A stretch of DNA of 64,000 nucleotides from Cyanobacteria bacterium auto_48_18 (GCA_036170915.1 JAVHQC010000011.1:1-64000), one strand, 5' to 3'. Counted from the stretch's first letter, positions 50,516 to 60,135 are shown. Program-made: numbers and translations. The notes: generated from the sequence alone by a model not told the origin.

Positions 50516-50558
50516 TGCACCGTAAGGCTGATTTGCTTCGACTAGTCCTAACGGATGG
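50516..50558. promoter_or_regulatory. Two degenerate 7-2-7 boxes upstream of the aeRF1-like gene
   Basis: TGCACCG-TA-AGGCTGA (50516-50531) and TAGTCCT-AA-CGGATGG (50543-50558). Confidence 0.45.
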
Positions 50559-50616
50559 CGAGAGCAACAGTTAACGCTGCTATGGTAATCATGTCGACCG
50601 ATTAACAGGACATATC

Positions 50617-51633
50617 ATGAACGAAATTATCAATGAGCTACTGCAGTGTGAGAACGAACCGGTGCTTACCCTGATAGTTGATCTGGACATGAATCGAAAA
50701 GAGAACGAGGCAAAACTAAAACACCTTGCATCAGAAGTGCAACATCTGAAATTAGATCTCCCCGATTCGACCCGCGACATACTTTTTAAGCGGCTTGAAT
50801 TGATTTTGCAAAGTATTGATGGAACATTGTTTAATGGCAGCGTTGCCATTTTTGCTGCTGCCAACTTCGGCAAAATTTTTCCCTTGCATTACCACGCTAA
50901 ACCTCGAGTGGTTGCCGACAATGGTTTTGCTCTCACTGAAATAGCTTACAGCACCAGCACGTTCCCTCTATGCCACGTCTTAGTTTTTAGCTGCCATGGA
51001 GTGCGGGTATTTAGCAAAAATGGAGAGCATGTATCAGAAATTGCAGACAACCCTGCCGCCGCTCATGCCACTCATCTGCTCAAAGCATTGGCTCACAGCG
51101 GACACGTAAATGAAGCCAAAAACAGTGGACGTGGAGTAAAGGCATGCTCTGATCCGAAACTCAAGGCGGCGATTTCTGCTCTGTCAGAAACCCTTGAAGG
51201 ACCAATGATCATTGCTGGAGCCTCGCACGCCGGAGAGTTGCCACCATCGTTGGACAGCCGAAGCATTGCCACCGTAGATGGTTGCTACGAGAACGCATCA
51301 ATAGCTGATATTGCAAAAGTCGCGCAAGAAGCATGCGAGAAAGCAAGCACCGAAAGAGCACAAAATTACCTGGAAGCCATCGAAGCATTTTTGCATGAGA
51401 AGCGTCTTGGCTCTGGCAACGATGAAATTGAGCAACTAATTTTGGCAGGCCGGGTGCAGACACTTTATGTGGAGGATGATGCGGCTATCAGCATTAAGGC
51501 TTCCGAGCAACATAAACTCTCGGAAGAAGATCGAATGATAGCGTCGGCTCTGCGATACAAAGGCGAAATCGTCTTTCTGCCAAAAGAGAGTTTGTCGAAC
51601 TATGGTGCTATGGCCGCAGGCTTGCGATTTTAG
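50617..51633 (+). CDS. Bacterial aeRF1-like protein (baeRF; Balon/Rv2629-like)
   Basis: SVAIFA, PMIIAG, GRVQTLYVE and C-terminal ALRYKGEI...GAMAAGLRF. No GGQ. Confidence 0.75.
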   Translation: MNEIINELLQCENEPVLTLIVDLDMNRKENEAKLKHLASEVQHLKLDLPDSTRDILFKRLELILQSIDGTLFNGSVAIFAAANFGKIFPLHYHAKPRVVADNGFALTEIAYSTSTFPLCHVLVFSCHGVRVFSKNGEHVSEIADNPAAAHATHLLKALAHSGHVNEAKNSGRGVKACSDPKLKAAISALSETLEGPMIIAGASHAGELPPSLDSRSIATVDGCYENASIADIAKVAQEACEKASTERAQNYLEAIEAFLHEKRLGSGNDEIEQLILAGRVQTLYVEDDAAISIKASEQHKLSEEDRMIASALRYKGEIVFLPKESLSNYGAMAAGLRF

Positions 51634-51672
51634 TGCGCGACCAGGCAATTAGAAGTCTAGATACTGGTTTGG

Positions 51673-52170
51673 CTAGACGATTTTTCTCTTAGGGCCATTT
51701 GACTTTTTCTGGGCTATTAATTTTGGAAATGGCGCGTCAGCTGAAAGCTTATTTTGCGCCTTTTTCGTGTGTATCAAATCGGGCAGGGTTGTTTGATATA
51801 CCATCTTTGTCAAGGCATACAAGGCAAACTGATTTAGCGATGTGTTCTCCGTCTGGGCAGCTTGTTTCAGGCCTAAATGCAGCGATTTGGGTATGCGCAA
51901 AACAATTGTGCCACCCACTTCATCTGCTTCTGGCTCGCGTCCTTCTGGCGTGGGAATATTAGCGTTTGATTCTACCGCCGCCTTAAGATATGCAGGCAAC
52001 AACTGTGCCACCTTTGATAGTGCTTCAGCCTGGCTAGCTGCGAAGGTTGAGCAATTTGGTAGTTCAGAGACCCATGCCCAATAGCCTGGCTTACCATCCC
52101 ATTCTGACGATTGAATCGAAAAGTGCCATGGCATACTTACATACTCGTCAAGGTTTATTTTCTTACTCAT
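51673..52170 (-). CDS. hicB: HicB antitoxin
   Basis: ELPNCST, IPTP, GTIVLRIPKSLH and ENTSLNQ. ATGA overlap with hicA sets the start at 52170. Confidence 0.88.
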   Translation of the reverse strand: MSKKINLDEYVSMPWHFSIQSSEWDGKPGYWAWVSELPNCSTFAASQAEALSKVAQLLPAYLKAAVESNANIPTPEGREPEADEVGGTIVLRIPKSLHLGLKQAAQTENTSLNQFALYALTKMVYQTTLPDLIHTKKAQNKLSADAPFPKLIAQKKSNGPKRKIV

Positions 52171-52424
52171 AATTCTTTGCCCTCCTCTTCGATTTCTAGT
52201 TCGAGTATTACTTTGTTTACGTCCATAGGGTGACAGAATTTGTTGTTGCCATGCGGCTTCACTATTAGTATCGGAATTCGGCCTGTTTTCGAATAAATAT
52301 GGTGTGAACCATTCGTGCTTTGTAATTTCCATGCATGTCGTTTAAGGATTCGCTCTATAACTGTGAAGCGAATGTTTTTCTTGTTACCTTTCAGCATGCA
52401 AAGATAATCTTGCTTTTTCGCCAT
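52167..52424 (-). CDS. hicA: HicA toxin
   Basis: NIRF, GSHHIY and KPH. GGAGG ribosome-binding site. Confidence 0.85.
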   Translation of the reverse strand: MAKKQDYLCMLKGNKKNIRFTVIERILKRHAWKLQSTNGSHHIYSKTGRIPILIVKPHGNNKFCHPMDVNKVILELEIEEEGKEL

Positions 52425-52440
52425 AAAACAACCTCCATCA

Positions 52441-52460
52441 TGCTAGCACATGCGCTAGCA
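52441..52460. promoter_or_regulatory. Palindromic hicAB operator
   Basis: TGCTAGC-A-CATG-C-GCTAGCA immediately upstream of the hicA RBS. Confidence 0.65.
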
Positions 52461-52569
52461 CTCCGCAATAATCGTGATTTGAGTCGGGGGAGATTAGAAG
52501 CTAAGTCTATTTGTTTTGTAGGGTTTGAACAATGCGCAAGAGACAGTAAGTTTAGGCATTGAGAAAGGA

Positions 52570-52971
52570 TTACTCAAATGTTTTTTCGTGATCAGGAGTT
52601 TTTTGCCACGGAAATTTTGGAGCGCGATTCGGTTCTTCCCAGCGACCTACTTGAATTGCCCTTAGAAAATCGCCCACAAATAACTCGGTCTTTTTTCCTT
52701 TATCAGTTACGTACATCATTGCCCAAATGGCTGGCGCTAAAATATTCAACGAGAATCCAACTGACGCGGAGAGTTCATCCTCAAAGTATCTTCTGCCAAT
52801 CATCGAAAGGTCGAGTTGAAATTCTTTAGAGATCTGCTGAATTAGCAGGAACGCCTCATCTCCAGTCAACTCTAGATCCTTTTGTATTGACGTGGAAAGA
52901 CTTAACGGAGAGTTTGGCTCTGCATATTTCTCAATTAGCGAGAAAAGCTGTCTTTTCATGCGTTCCGTCAT
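52570..52971 (-). CDS. DUF1493-like (ACP-like fold) protein
   Basis: TSIQKDLELTGDEA, EFQLDLS, YFEDE and IQVGRW. ATGA coupling to the upstream gene. Confidence 0.65.
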   Translation of the reverse strand: MTERMKRQLFSLIEKYAEPNSPLSLSTSIQKDLELTGDEAFLLIQQISKEFQLDLSMIGRRYFEDELSASVGFSLNILAPAIWAMMYVTDKGKKTELFVGDFLRAIQVGRWEEPNRAPKFPWQKTPDHEKTFE

Positions 52972-53606
52972 TCCTGCCACCTTTTGCACGTCTCCCGTCT
53001 CAAACATTCTGCACTCACAGATGCTTTGCCATCGAACTCGTCACCGGCTGGTCCGATCCATATGGCTGAACAATAGAAACCGCAATGATGCAATAGCCAT
53101 TCGACATCTGTTGATGAAAGATGCGGTCGTTTCAGTAATTTTGCGGTGCCATTTTGTTCGCACCACTTTTGCAACCAACTATATTGGACAGCCCTTAGTG
53201 GGATGCGATCACATTCCGGCACAGTCATCCACATGCTCTTACTTTTATTCCAGCACGTGTTGGTATGTTTCAAATTTCTGCCTCTAGCTCCAATCAAGCC
53301 AGAATATTCTTTTACCATTTTTATACGAGCATCTGTTGGTAAGTGCGGCCAGGGGTCTCCCTTATTAAATGCTTTCGACATTTGCAGATCATCAACATCT
53401 TCGATAAGCGAACCAAGCGGATCATCCAAATTTTGAAAAGTGGCCCCTTCATTTCGCAAATATTCTTTGGCGCTAAAGTTATTGTGAAAATGCTTGTTCT
53501 GCTGAACCGTGTTTGATGGTCCTGCAGACGCCGCGTTAGCAACAATGATAACTACTCCAACAATGCTGGCAATTTTGAAGGCAGTTTCGAATTTTGATTT
53601 GAGCAT
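52968..53606 (-). CDS. Secreted hypothetical protein
   Basis: Signal peptide ending ANAASA. Cys/Trp-rich. Confidence 0.55.
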   Translation of the reverse strand: MLKSKFETAFKIASIVGVVIIVANAASAGPSNTVQQNKHFHNNFSAKEYLRNEGATFQNLDDPLGSLIEDVDDLQMSKAFNKGDPWPHLPTDARIKMVKEYSGLIGARGRNLKHTNTCWNKSKSMWMTVPECDRIPLRAVQYSWLQKWCEQNGTAKLLKRPHLSSTDVEWLLHHCGFYCSAIWIGPAGDEFDGKASVSAECLRRETCKRWQE

Positions 53607-53682
53607 TTAACTATCATAACTGTTTACCTGAGGCTAATTTTTCCGCCGTGGGGGCATATAACCGGCACAGGAGAGCCCTCAA

Positions 53683-54723
53683 TTGAAAGAATTCTGCGAA
53701 ATTAAAGAAGCAGTAAAACTGGTCGAAGTTGCGAATAGCGACCACAGCGCAGTGCCGGCCGTGGGTGAAATTGAAGTCGACATGGCTACCTCTAGCTCTG
53801 CTGTATCAACTTGTGCGTCTTCCTCGGTAAATTTCACACCGTCACCAGCTTTTGCGAGCGGAAGTGCATCCCCCTCCGCTGGCCCTATCCATAAACCTTC
53901 AGCCTGGTATAACTTCAGCCAGCGTGCGGCCATATCTTCAATTGTGGTTGGTTCGCTAATGACTTATCTGGTCATTTATTTACTCTCTGGCCATTTGTTC
54001 TGGCATCTCACGGGAGTACAGACCAATGATTACGTTTACGCGACTGTGAACGCATGCGGAATTGGTCTGGTGCTGACTGCAGTATGCTATATGGAATTTC
54101 TTCATCGCTTTGTAAATTTGAAGAATAGTATTTTTGGGCTATTTGCTTCAGTGGCAGCGGCGCTCTTTGTTGCTGGCTCGCTCACAGAGGGTCTGCAAGG
54201 AGTCTGGGTAACACTTGCTTGCTGCCTCGCGGCCTTAGTAACTGGCAAATTGGCTCAACAGGCAAGGCAAGCTATACCCTCTAGTTTCCGCTATGGTAGG
54301 GCAGTTCTTATCAGCGCTTTAGCCTCACTGCCGGCAGCGTTTGTTAGTATTTTTACTTTCGCGGCTGCCGCTGCTGATACCAGTACTGCTCCAGTTGTTT
54401 TTTCTAACAGCGTCTGTGGAGATGAAATTGCTGCGGGGATAGCTCTATTTGTTTTCCTTGCTGTTCCAGCCTACGCCTTTGCTCGTTGCGCGCGCACTAG
54501 CGAAGCAAAGCCTCTGATTGCTCTGGGCTTCTTGCAAATGTCGCCGTTGATTATAGGTGTTCTCGCTCAGCTCATACTGTTGTCTTCTGCTGGTAATGCC
54601 GTTGCCCTTGCGACATCAGGAATCACTGCATTAGCCTGTGCCGCAATTTGCGTGGCCTGGGGCTCGAGCGCCGGAGCGCTGGTGAATGGTTTGCGACATC
54701 GTCGGAAAATGAGCAAGGCTTGA
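53683..54723 (+). CDS. Multi-pass membrane protein
   Basis: About nine hydrophobic segments. AGGAG before TTG. Confidence 0.65.
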   Translation: MKEFCEIKEAVKLVEVANSDHSAVPAVGEIEVDMATSSSAVSTCASSSVNFTPSPAFASGSASPSAGPIHKPSAWYNFSQRAAISSIVVGSLMTYLVIYLLSGHLFWHLTGVQTNDYVYATVNACGIGLVLTAVCYMEFLHRFVNLKNSIFGLFASVAAALFVAGSLTEGLQGVWVTLACCLAALVTGKLAQQARQAIPSSFRYGRAVLISALASLPAAFVSIFTFAAAAADTSTAPVVFSNSVCGDEIAAGIALFVFLAVPAYAFARCARTSEAKPLIALGFLQMSPLIIGVLAQLILLSSAGNAVALATSGITALACAAICVAWGSSAGALVNGLRHRRKMSKA

Positions 54724-54752
54724 ACCGGAATAATCATTCCTGCTGTCAGATT

Positions 54753-55838
54753 TTATCTGGAGAGGTGCTTGTGGCTTTCTAAAAGAGCTGCTTGCGCTGG
54801 AATCAAGTAGAGATTGCAGTCCTTAATCAGTATTGCTTTGTCGTACTCATAGTGTTCAAGATTTTTCTTTGACGCCTTATCTTTGCTGAATTTAATTACG
54901 TGGTGCAAAAGCGTTACTGCATTGGAATACTGCTTTGCTTTGTTGTAGACAAGTGCCAGCTGCAGCTCTGTTTCGACAGTTTTCCACTCATTCGAATTTG
55001 ATTTATGCAAAAGAATCAATGCTTTTTGACAAGTAGCAATTGCATCTGAATAACGACCCATGCCTTCGTATGCCCTAGCCAAATTACATAAAGGAATTGC
55101 TTGGCCAATATCAGAACCCTTGTCGATGTCGATGGCCTCTGTTAAAACAGTTACGGCCTTTTCAAACTGCTTGGATCTAATGTAATCGCAACCCAAGAAG
55201 TTGAGCGATATCGACAGAAAGGCCCCACTATTTTTCAGGCTGCGCGCTAAGGCGAGCATTTTTTCCGACTCATCCGTCGCTTCCAGGTAGCGTTTTTGCT
55301 CAGTCAAGATAAGACTGAGATGGCGATGCAAGCCATACTCGGCAGCACTTTGTTTTCCTGACTTTTGACATGCCGCAATTGACTGGCGAATTAGCGAACT
55401 AGCCTCTTCGTCGCGGTTTTGCGATCGCAGATAAAATGCGAGCTGATCTCTTGCATGCAATGTGTCACTGTTAAGCTCGCCAAGTTCTCGCGCATAAATT
55501 TCGGACGCAGTACGGAGTAATCTTTCCTTTTCTGGATTTGCTCGCTTGGACATAAAGGGATAATCTGGTGGCAAAAACCGTTCCAGTTGAATTGCAATGT
55601 CAGCATAACTGAGAGCGTCCGTGCCTGTAGATGGCATTTCCCGAAGAATCTGGCTCCAGAGGCGGATACCCTTTTCATAATCATGCGCGGTAATCGCACG
55701 ATCGCCTTCTTCGTATAGAGCACACCAGCGAGCTCTATTTGAATAGTCCACTAAATTCGGAGCAAACAGAATCGACATTGCCGTTAAGACGGCAAATATT
55801 ACTCTGATAGTTATTGAATTTTTCTTGATCGCTAGCAA
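54753..55838 (-). CDS. Membrane-anchored TPR-repeat protein
   Basis: N-terminal hydrophobic segment and TPR repeats such as LCNLARAYEGMGRYSDA. Confidence 0.8.
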   Translation of the reverse strand: MLAIKKNSITIRVIFAVLTAMSILFAPNLVDYSNRARWCALYEEGDRAITAHDYEKGIRLWSQILREMPSTGTDALSYADIAIQLERFLPPDYPFMSKRANPEKERLLRTASEIYARELGELNSDTLHARDQLAFYLRSQNRDEEASSLIRQSIAACQKSGKQSAAEYGLHRHLSLILTEQKRYLEATDESEKMLALARSLKNSGAFLSISLNFLGCDYIRSKQFEKAVTVLTEAIDIDKGSDIGQAIPLCNLARAYEGMGRYSDAIATCQKALILLHKSNSNEWKTVETELQLALVYNKAKQYSNAVTLLHHVIKFSKDKASKKNLEHYEYDKAILIKDCNLYLIPAQAALLESHKHLSR

Positions 55839-55963
55839 GACTTCAGCCTCCGGGTCGCTGAATGGTGCAACCGCAGGCTAACATAAAACAATGAAGGCTC
55901 CTATGGGAGGCACCCCCCTGAAGCATTCAGGCTTGGCAATTCGCTTTAACCAGTGAGACTGCC

Positions 55964-56812
55964 TTACGGCAAGACCTTCAACCGACGCTCTTTACGTTTT
56001 GCTTTGACGCCGTCAGCAGCTGGGGGAACAATCTCCATAATCTCTCTCTTGGCCTCAGCAGCCAGAAACTCTTTGAATTGCCCAAGCAATTGTTCAGGAC
56101 AACAAATTGTTTTGGTGACTTCTCCAATGAAGAAGTTAAGAGCCATATCTTCAGTCATCTCATGGCGGGCGATGACCGGTAAAACAGCGTTATTCATCCA
56201 ACGGTAGCCTTCTTGCAAAGGCATAATGAAGTTGTCGCCAGGCTTCAACACCTCGACATTGGTTACGCCTGCCTGAGCCAGGTGATTTGCCAAACCCTTA
56301 GATAAGGGGGCGATAGTGGCACTTTTCGAAAAATAGATAAAGGCCTGATATGTAGACTTTTCTGCGACCTGGAAGAGTTTCAACCCAGATATACCGGCAG
56401 TTGAAAGCGCAGCGCTGAGTTTCTCCCAAATTTCTCGATCTTCGTCACGGCCTACCGATTGAAACTGCAAAATCAAGAATGATTCTGATTGTTCTAAAGT
56501 TAGAGCTCTATATGCTTTCGACTCTTTAGATATAGATTCAAGCAATTCTTGATCGCTCAACTGATGGAATTGGCTCAATTTTCGCCAAGTAGCACTACCA
56601 GCAGTGCGAGCGTAGCTACCACATCTTGACGAAAAGAGCTTAAGAAAGAGTGCTTTAGAATCTGGTGCGACTACAGGTACTAGAGACGCTGCAACGCTCA
56701 TTGGTGGCTGAGATGTAGTAATGACCGAGTCCTCAACGAATGGCGAGTGGGTGACATCAGATTTAGTACCGCGAATTGTTGTCATCTTAATGCCGAATGC
56801 CAAAATGTTCAA
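55964..56812 (-). CDS. Hypothetical protein resembling a degenerate AEP (TOTE-type) primase domain
   Basis: FLKLFSSR..SYA, W, L.D..L, FLILQF, YQAFIYF and IMPLQ follow the family motif order, but catalytic residues are absent. Confidence 0.45.
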   Translation of the reverse strand: MNILAFGIKMTTIRGTKSDVTHSPFVEDSVITTSQPPMSVAASLVPVVAPDSKALFLKLFSSRCGSYARTAGSATWRKLSQFHQLSDQELLESISKESKAYRALTLEQSESFLILQFQSVGRDEDREIWEKLSAALSTAGISGLKLFQVAEKSTYQAFIYFSKSATIAPLSKGLANHLAQAGVTNVEVLKPGDNFIMPLQEGYRWMNNAVLPVIARHEMTEDMALNFFIGEVTKTICCPEQLLGQFKEFLAAEAKREIMEIVPPAADGVKAKRKERRLKVLP

Positions 56813-56883
56813 GTCGTATATCTATGCGTGGAGAATTTGTATATATCAGTCGGTGGTATCATGAAGCCCCCGGGGGAATTTTC

Positions 56884-58092
56884 ATGCATAACTTTGCTTT
56901 CCGTTCAGTCGCTTTCTTGTTTTCAATGGTAATAGCTAGCCAAGCTTTACCAGCTTCTGCCGCACCAGAGCCGGTATCAATGCCAAGTGCTGTTTCTACT
57001 GAAGTAGCTATAACGCCTGCACAAGAAGTAGCCATTGTTGAGGCCGCACAAAAGCAACTGAAAGTTTTTGGTGGCAAGCAGCCCATACCGGGAGCCTACA
57101 TCGCAATCTATATGCCAGGCAAAGCGCCGTACTTTAAAGCTGTTGGCGTGGCCGATCTGAAAACAAAAGCAGAGTTTCAAAGGTCGGATAGATTTCGCAT
57201 CGGCAGCAATACCAAAACTTTTGTGGTCACTGTTTTACTACAGCTGCATGATGAGCATTTGTTGAGCTTGGATGATCCTATTAGCAAGTTTGATATTGGC
57301 GTAAAGGTACCGAACGGTGATCACATAACTATCAGACAGCTAGCCGAAATGCGCAGCGGCTTGTTCGAAGCCTACAACACCAAAGAGTTTAATGGGCTTA
57401 ACTTTAGACCGAATATGCGCATAACGCCGGACGAAATGATCAGCTGGGGCGTTGCTCACAGGCCGCTCTTTGCACCCGGTGCGCGCTGGAATTACAGCAA
57501 CACAAACTATCTCATTCTTGGACGAATTATTGAAGCCGTTACGCACGATACCGTCGGTAATCAAATTCGCAAGCGATTGATAGAGCCTTTGGGCCTGAAA
57601 GAAACTATTTTTCCCGATACGGTCGACATGCCATTGCCGTTCGCCCATGGTTATGATTTTAACTCAAAGGGTAATTGGGTAGACGCCTCGGAGACACTTT
57701 CACCCGCAGTCACATGGGCAGCCGGTGCGATGATTTCATCTATTCCTGATATGGCACGTTGGGTCAAAGCTTATGTCACTGGCACCACTAATAGTGCAGA
57801 ATCGCAGCGGGCGCGTCTGCAATGTTTGCCCATCGCAACAGGCACTAAAATGGCGTTTGGTCTGGGCATAGGCAACAGTGCCGGATGGTACGGATATACC
57901 GGTGGGCTACCCGGCTATCACACCGCCGCATATTATCTGCCAGAAAAAGACATCACGCTTATTGCCTTTGTCACTGCTCAAAGAGAAAAACCTGCTCCTG
58001 GCGCTGCTAATTGCATTATTCGCGATATCTCTCGCATTATCACTCCGCAAAATGTAATCTTTGCCGACGCACCACGGTCAGAGCCGAGGTAG
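56884..58092 (+). CDS. Secreted serine hydrolase (beta-lactamase / D-Ala-D-Ala carboxypeptidase family)
   Basis: FRIGSNTK (SxxK), YSNTNY, GYTGGLPG and a signal peptide. Confidence 0.9.
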   Translation: MHNFAFRSVAFLFSMVIASQALPASAAPEPVSMPSAVSTEVAITPAQEVAIVEAAQKQLKVFGGKQPIPGAYIAIYMPGKAPYFKAVGVADLKTKAEFQRSDRFRIGSNTKTFVVTVLLQLHDEHLLSLDDPISKFDIGVKVPNGDHITIRQLAEMRSGLFEAYNTKEFNGLNFRPNMRITPDEMISWGVAHRPLFAPGARWNYSNTNYLILGRIIEAVTHDTVGNQIRKRLIEPLGLKETIFPDTVDMPLPFAHGYDFNSKGNWVDASETLSPAVTWAAGAMISSIPDMARWVKAYVTGTTNSAESQRARLQCLPIATGTKMAFGLGIGNSAGWYGYTGGLPGYHTAAYYLPEKDITLIAFVTAQREKPAPGAANCIIRDISRIITPQNVIFADAPRSEPR

Positions 58093-59265
58093 CTAATTCT
58101 TTTGCTGGCTAATTCGAGTATCTAAATCAGACGCTTCTATTAAATGCCCTGACATGCGCAGAAATTGAGAATATTCAATAAAATAAGCTCGTAATTCTAT
58201 ATTTTCAGAGAGCTGTAATTTATCTATAACCCCCAAGGCACGAGAAAAAATCTGCCGTGCTTCGGCTGGCTTATTTTGTTTGAAATACATGCCTGAGAGC
58301 TCGAGTAGAGATTTTGCGGTTGTCGGATTTATATATCCTAATTTTCTTTGCTTTGAAACTAAGGATTTAGTGGCCAGCGAAACCGCTTCTGTATAGCGTC
58401 CTTTACTGCAAAAATACCGAGATAATCGATCAAGATTTTCAACCGCTTCGTCACTGTCTAAGCTGGAAGTTTTCTTCTCATCGGAAAGAATTTCGCCTTG
58501 CCTTTGAATTTTCGCCCAAAAGGCACTGTCAAACGAATTACTGAAGCTGTAAAGTAACTTTTTCAAGTGCTCTACTTTTGCTTCTAAAATTGGATCGCCC
58601 AGCGCTCTGTAGCTGACCCACGGATGATCCACCATAATGCGAGCAAATACTTCAGCTTTGTCCTCGCTTGCACTAACTTGTGAATACGGGCTTACGAATC
58701 CAGCCTTTTGCAATGGGCCTTCTCCTGATCCGCTCTCATATTCACTATTTGATTTGCCATAGTGAAAGCTTGGAGCGTTCATTGACTCCCATTCACTATC
58801 GGGCTGATTAATTTTCCGATCAATCATATGAAAAAATTCGTGATGCAGTGCTTCGCGCAAATCTTTCGATGACTCCACTGTAGTGATGTTCAGATACAAA
58901 ATATTTGACGGTCGGACACAGACACCCATCTTTGGAACACCCTGAAGTGCAAGATTTTGACAAAAAACTATTTTTCTAAGTTGAGTTTTGGCAATAACTT
59001 CAGCCGGATATCTTGAAAATTCAGCAACGAACAATTGTAGATATTGATCAACAACGTGCGGGGTTGGTTTGTCAGCTGAGGCATCCCCGTCTCGAAGTAA
59101 TTGTGCCATTTCTGAAACTTGTGACTCAGATAAATCTGTCTGAATTTCAATACTCAACTTTTGTGCGAGAGCCTTGAGCTGCTCCTGTGATGTATCCATA
59201 GATTGAGCGGAGCTCGGCAGCACCGCAAATAGGAAAATTATTAAGGAGGCTGGGATATGTTTCAC
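58093..59265 (-). CDS. Secreted zinc metallopeptidase with C-terminal TPR
   Basis: HHEFFH, GFVSPYS and EDKAEVF. Confidence 0.75.
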   Translation of the reverse strand: MKHIPASLIIFLFAVLPSSAQSMDTSQEQLKALAQKLSIEIQTDLSESQVSEMAQLLRDGDASADKPTPHVVDQYLQLFVAEFSRYPAEVIAKTQLRKIVFCQNLALQGVPKMGVCVRPSNILYLNITTVESSKDLREALHHEFFHMIDRKINQPDSEWESMNAPSFHYGKSNSEYESGSGEGPLQKAGFVSPYSQVSASEDKAEVFARIMVDHPWVSYRALGDPILEAKVEHLKKLLYSFSNSFDSAFWAKIQRQGEILSDEKKTSSLDSDEAVENLDRLSRYFCSKGRYTEAVSLATKSLVSKQRKLGYINPTTAKSLLELSGMYFKQNKPAEARQIFSRALGVIDKLQLSENIELRAYFIEYSQFLRMSGHLIEASDLDTRISQQKN

Positions 59266-59331
59266 ACCGTCATCAACCTCAGCGGAGAGGAATTATTTGG
59301 ATGGTAGCATTTCATCGGCTAGAATAGTTAC

Positions 59332-60135
59332 ATGCCCCTGACCATAGCTCATGCTGCTGCTGTTCTTCCATTTAAAAAGTGCTGTCCACGCTTTTTGAGT
59401 TTTGCCGCTTTAATTGCTGGTTCAATGGCACCAGATTTGACCTATCCATTTCATCTATTTCAACTCTCTGCATATGCGCATTCATTTACTGCATACTTTC
59501 TGATCAACCTACCGGCTGGCGTTCTTTTATTGATGATTTATTTCTTTAGTAAGAACTTGGTAGCAAGCCAGCTGCCCTCTCCGCATCGAGAATTTTGGAC
59601 GGTTCAAAGTATTACTCTTAACGACGCTACTAAAGCTAACTCGCTGCTGGCCCCGATCGCAGTTTCAAGTCTTTTTTGTTCTCTATTGATAGGTTCTGCT
59701 ACTCATATTATCTGGGACAGTTTTACCCATCAACATGGGTTTGCTGTGGAAGCCATTCCATTATTGCAGCAGAATTTTTTGCTGAGCCAGAAAATTGATT
59801 TTAAGGTCTACAAGTTTTTGCAATATTTTTCCAGTGTTACTGGATTGATCATTATTTGTATCTTTTACAGCAGACAAATCGCCGCGTCAAATATTGCCAG
59901 TATTCCCGACGCTAGAAGGAAGGTCGACGAGCGGAAATTTTTTAAGCTTGTGGCATGTTCGGTTTTACTCGCTACGCCATTGACTGTTTTTCAGGCAGTA
60001 AATGCGGTCGGACAGACTTTCGCTCATTTAGGATTTGTTTTCATCGTTAATAGCATGGTAATGCTTCCTGCTACATTAGTTGTAAGCGGTCTTATTGATC
60101 GTCTGATCACACGTCAAGGTGACCGTCCTAGATGA
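59332..60135 (+). CDS. DUF4184 family membrane protein
   Basis: MPLTIAHAAAVLP, GSMAPD, THIIWDSFTH and LQYFSS. Confidence 0.85.
   Translation: MPLTIAHAAAVLPFKKCCPRFLSFAALIAGSMAPDLTYPFHLFQLSAYAHSFTAYFLINLPAGVLLLMIYFFSKNLVASQLPSPHREFWTVQSITLNDATKANSLLAPIAVSSLFCSLLIGSATHIIWDSFTHQHGFAVEAIPLLQQNFLLSQKIDFKVYKFLQYFSSVTGLIIICIFYSRQIAASNIASIPDARRKVDERKFFKLVACSVLLATPLTVFQAVNAVGQTFAHLGFVFIVNSMVMLPATLVVSGLIDRLITRQGDRPR

Noticed and set aside
56860..56886. CCCCCGGGGG palindrome / possible RBS hairpin
   Set aside because: There is no room for a loop and the outer stem is short. Insufficient support.
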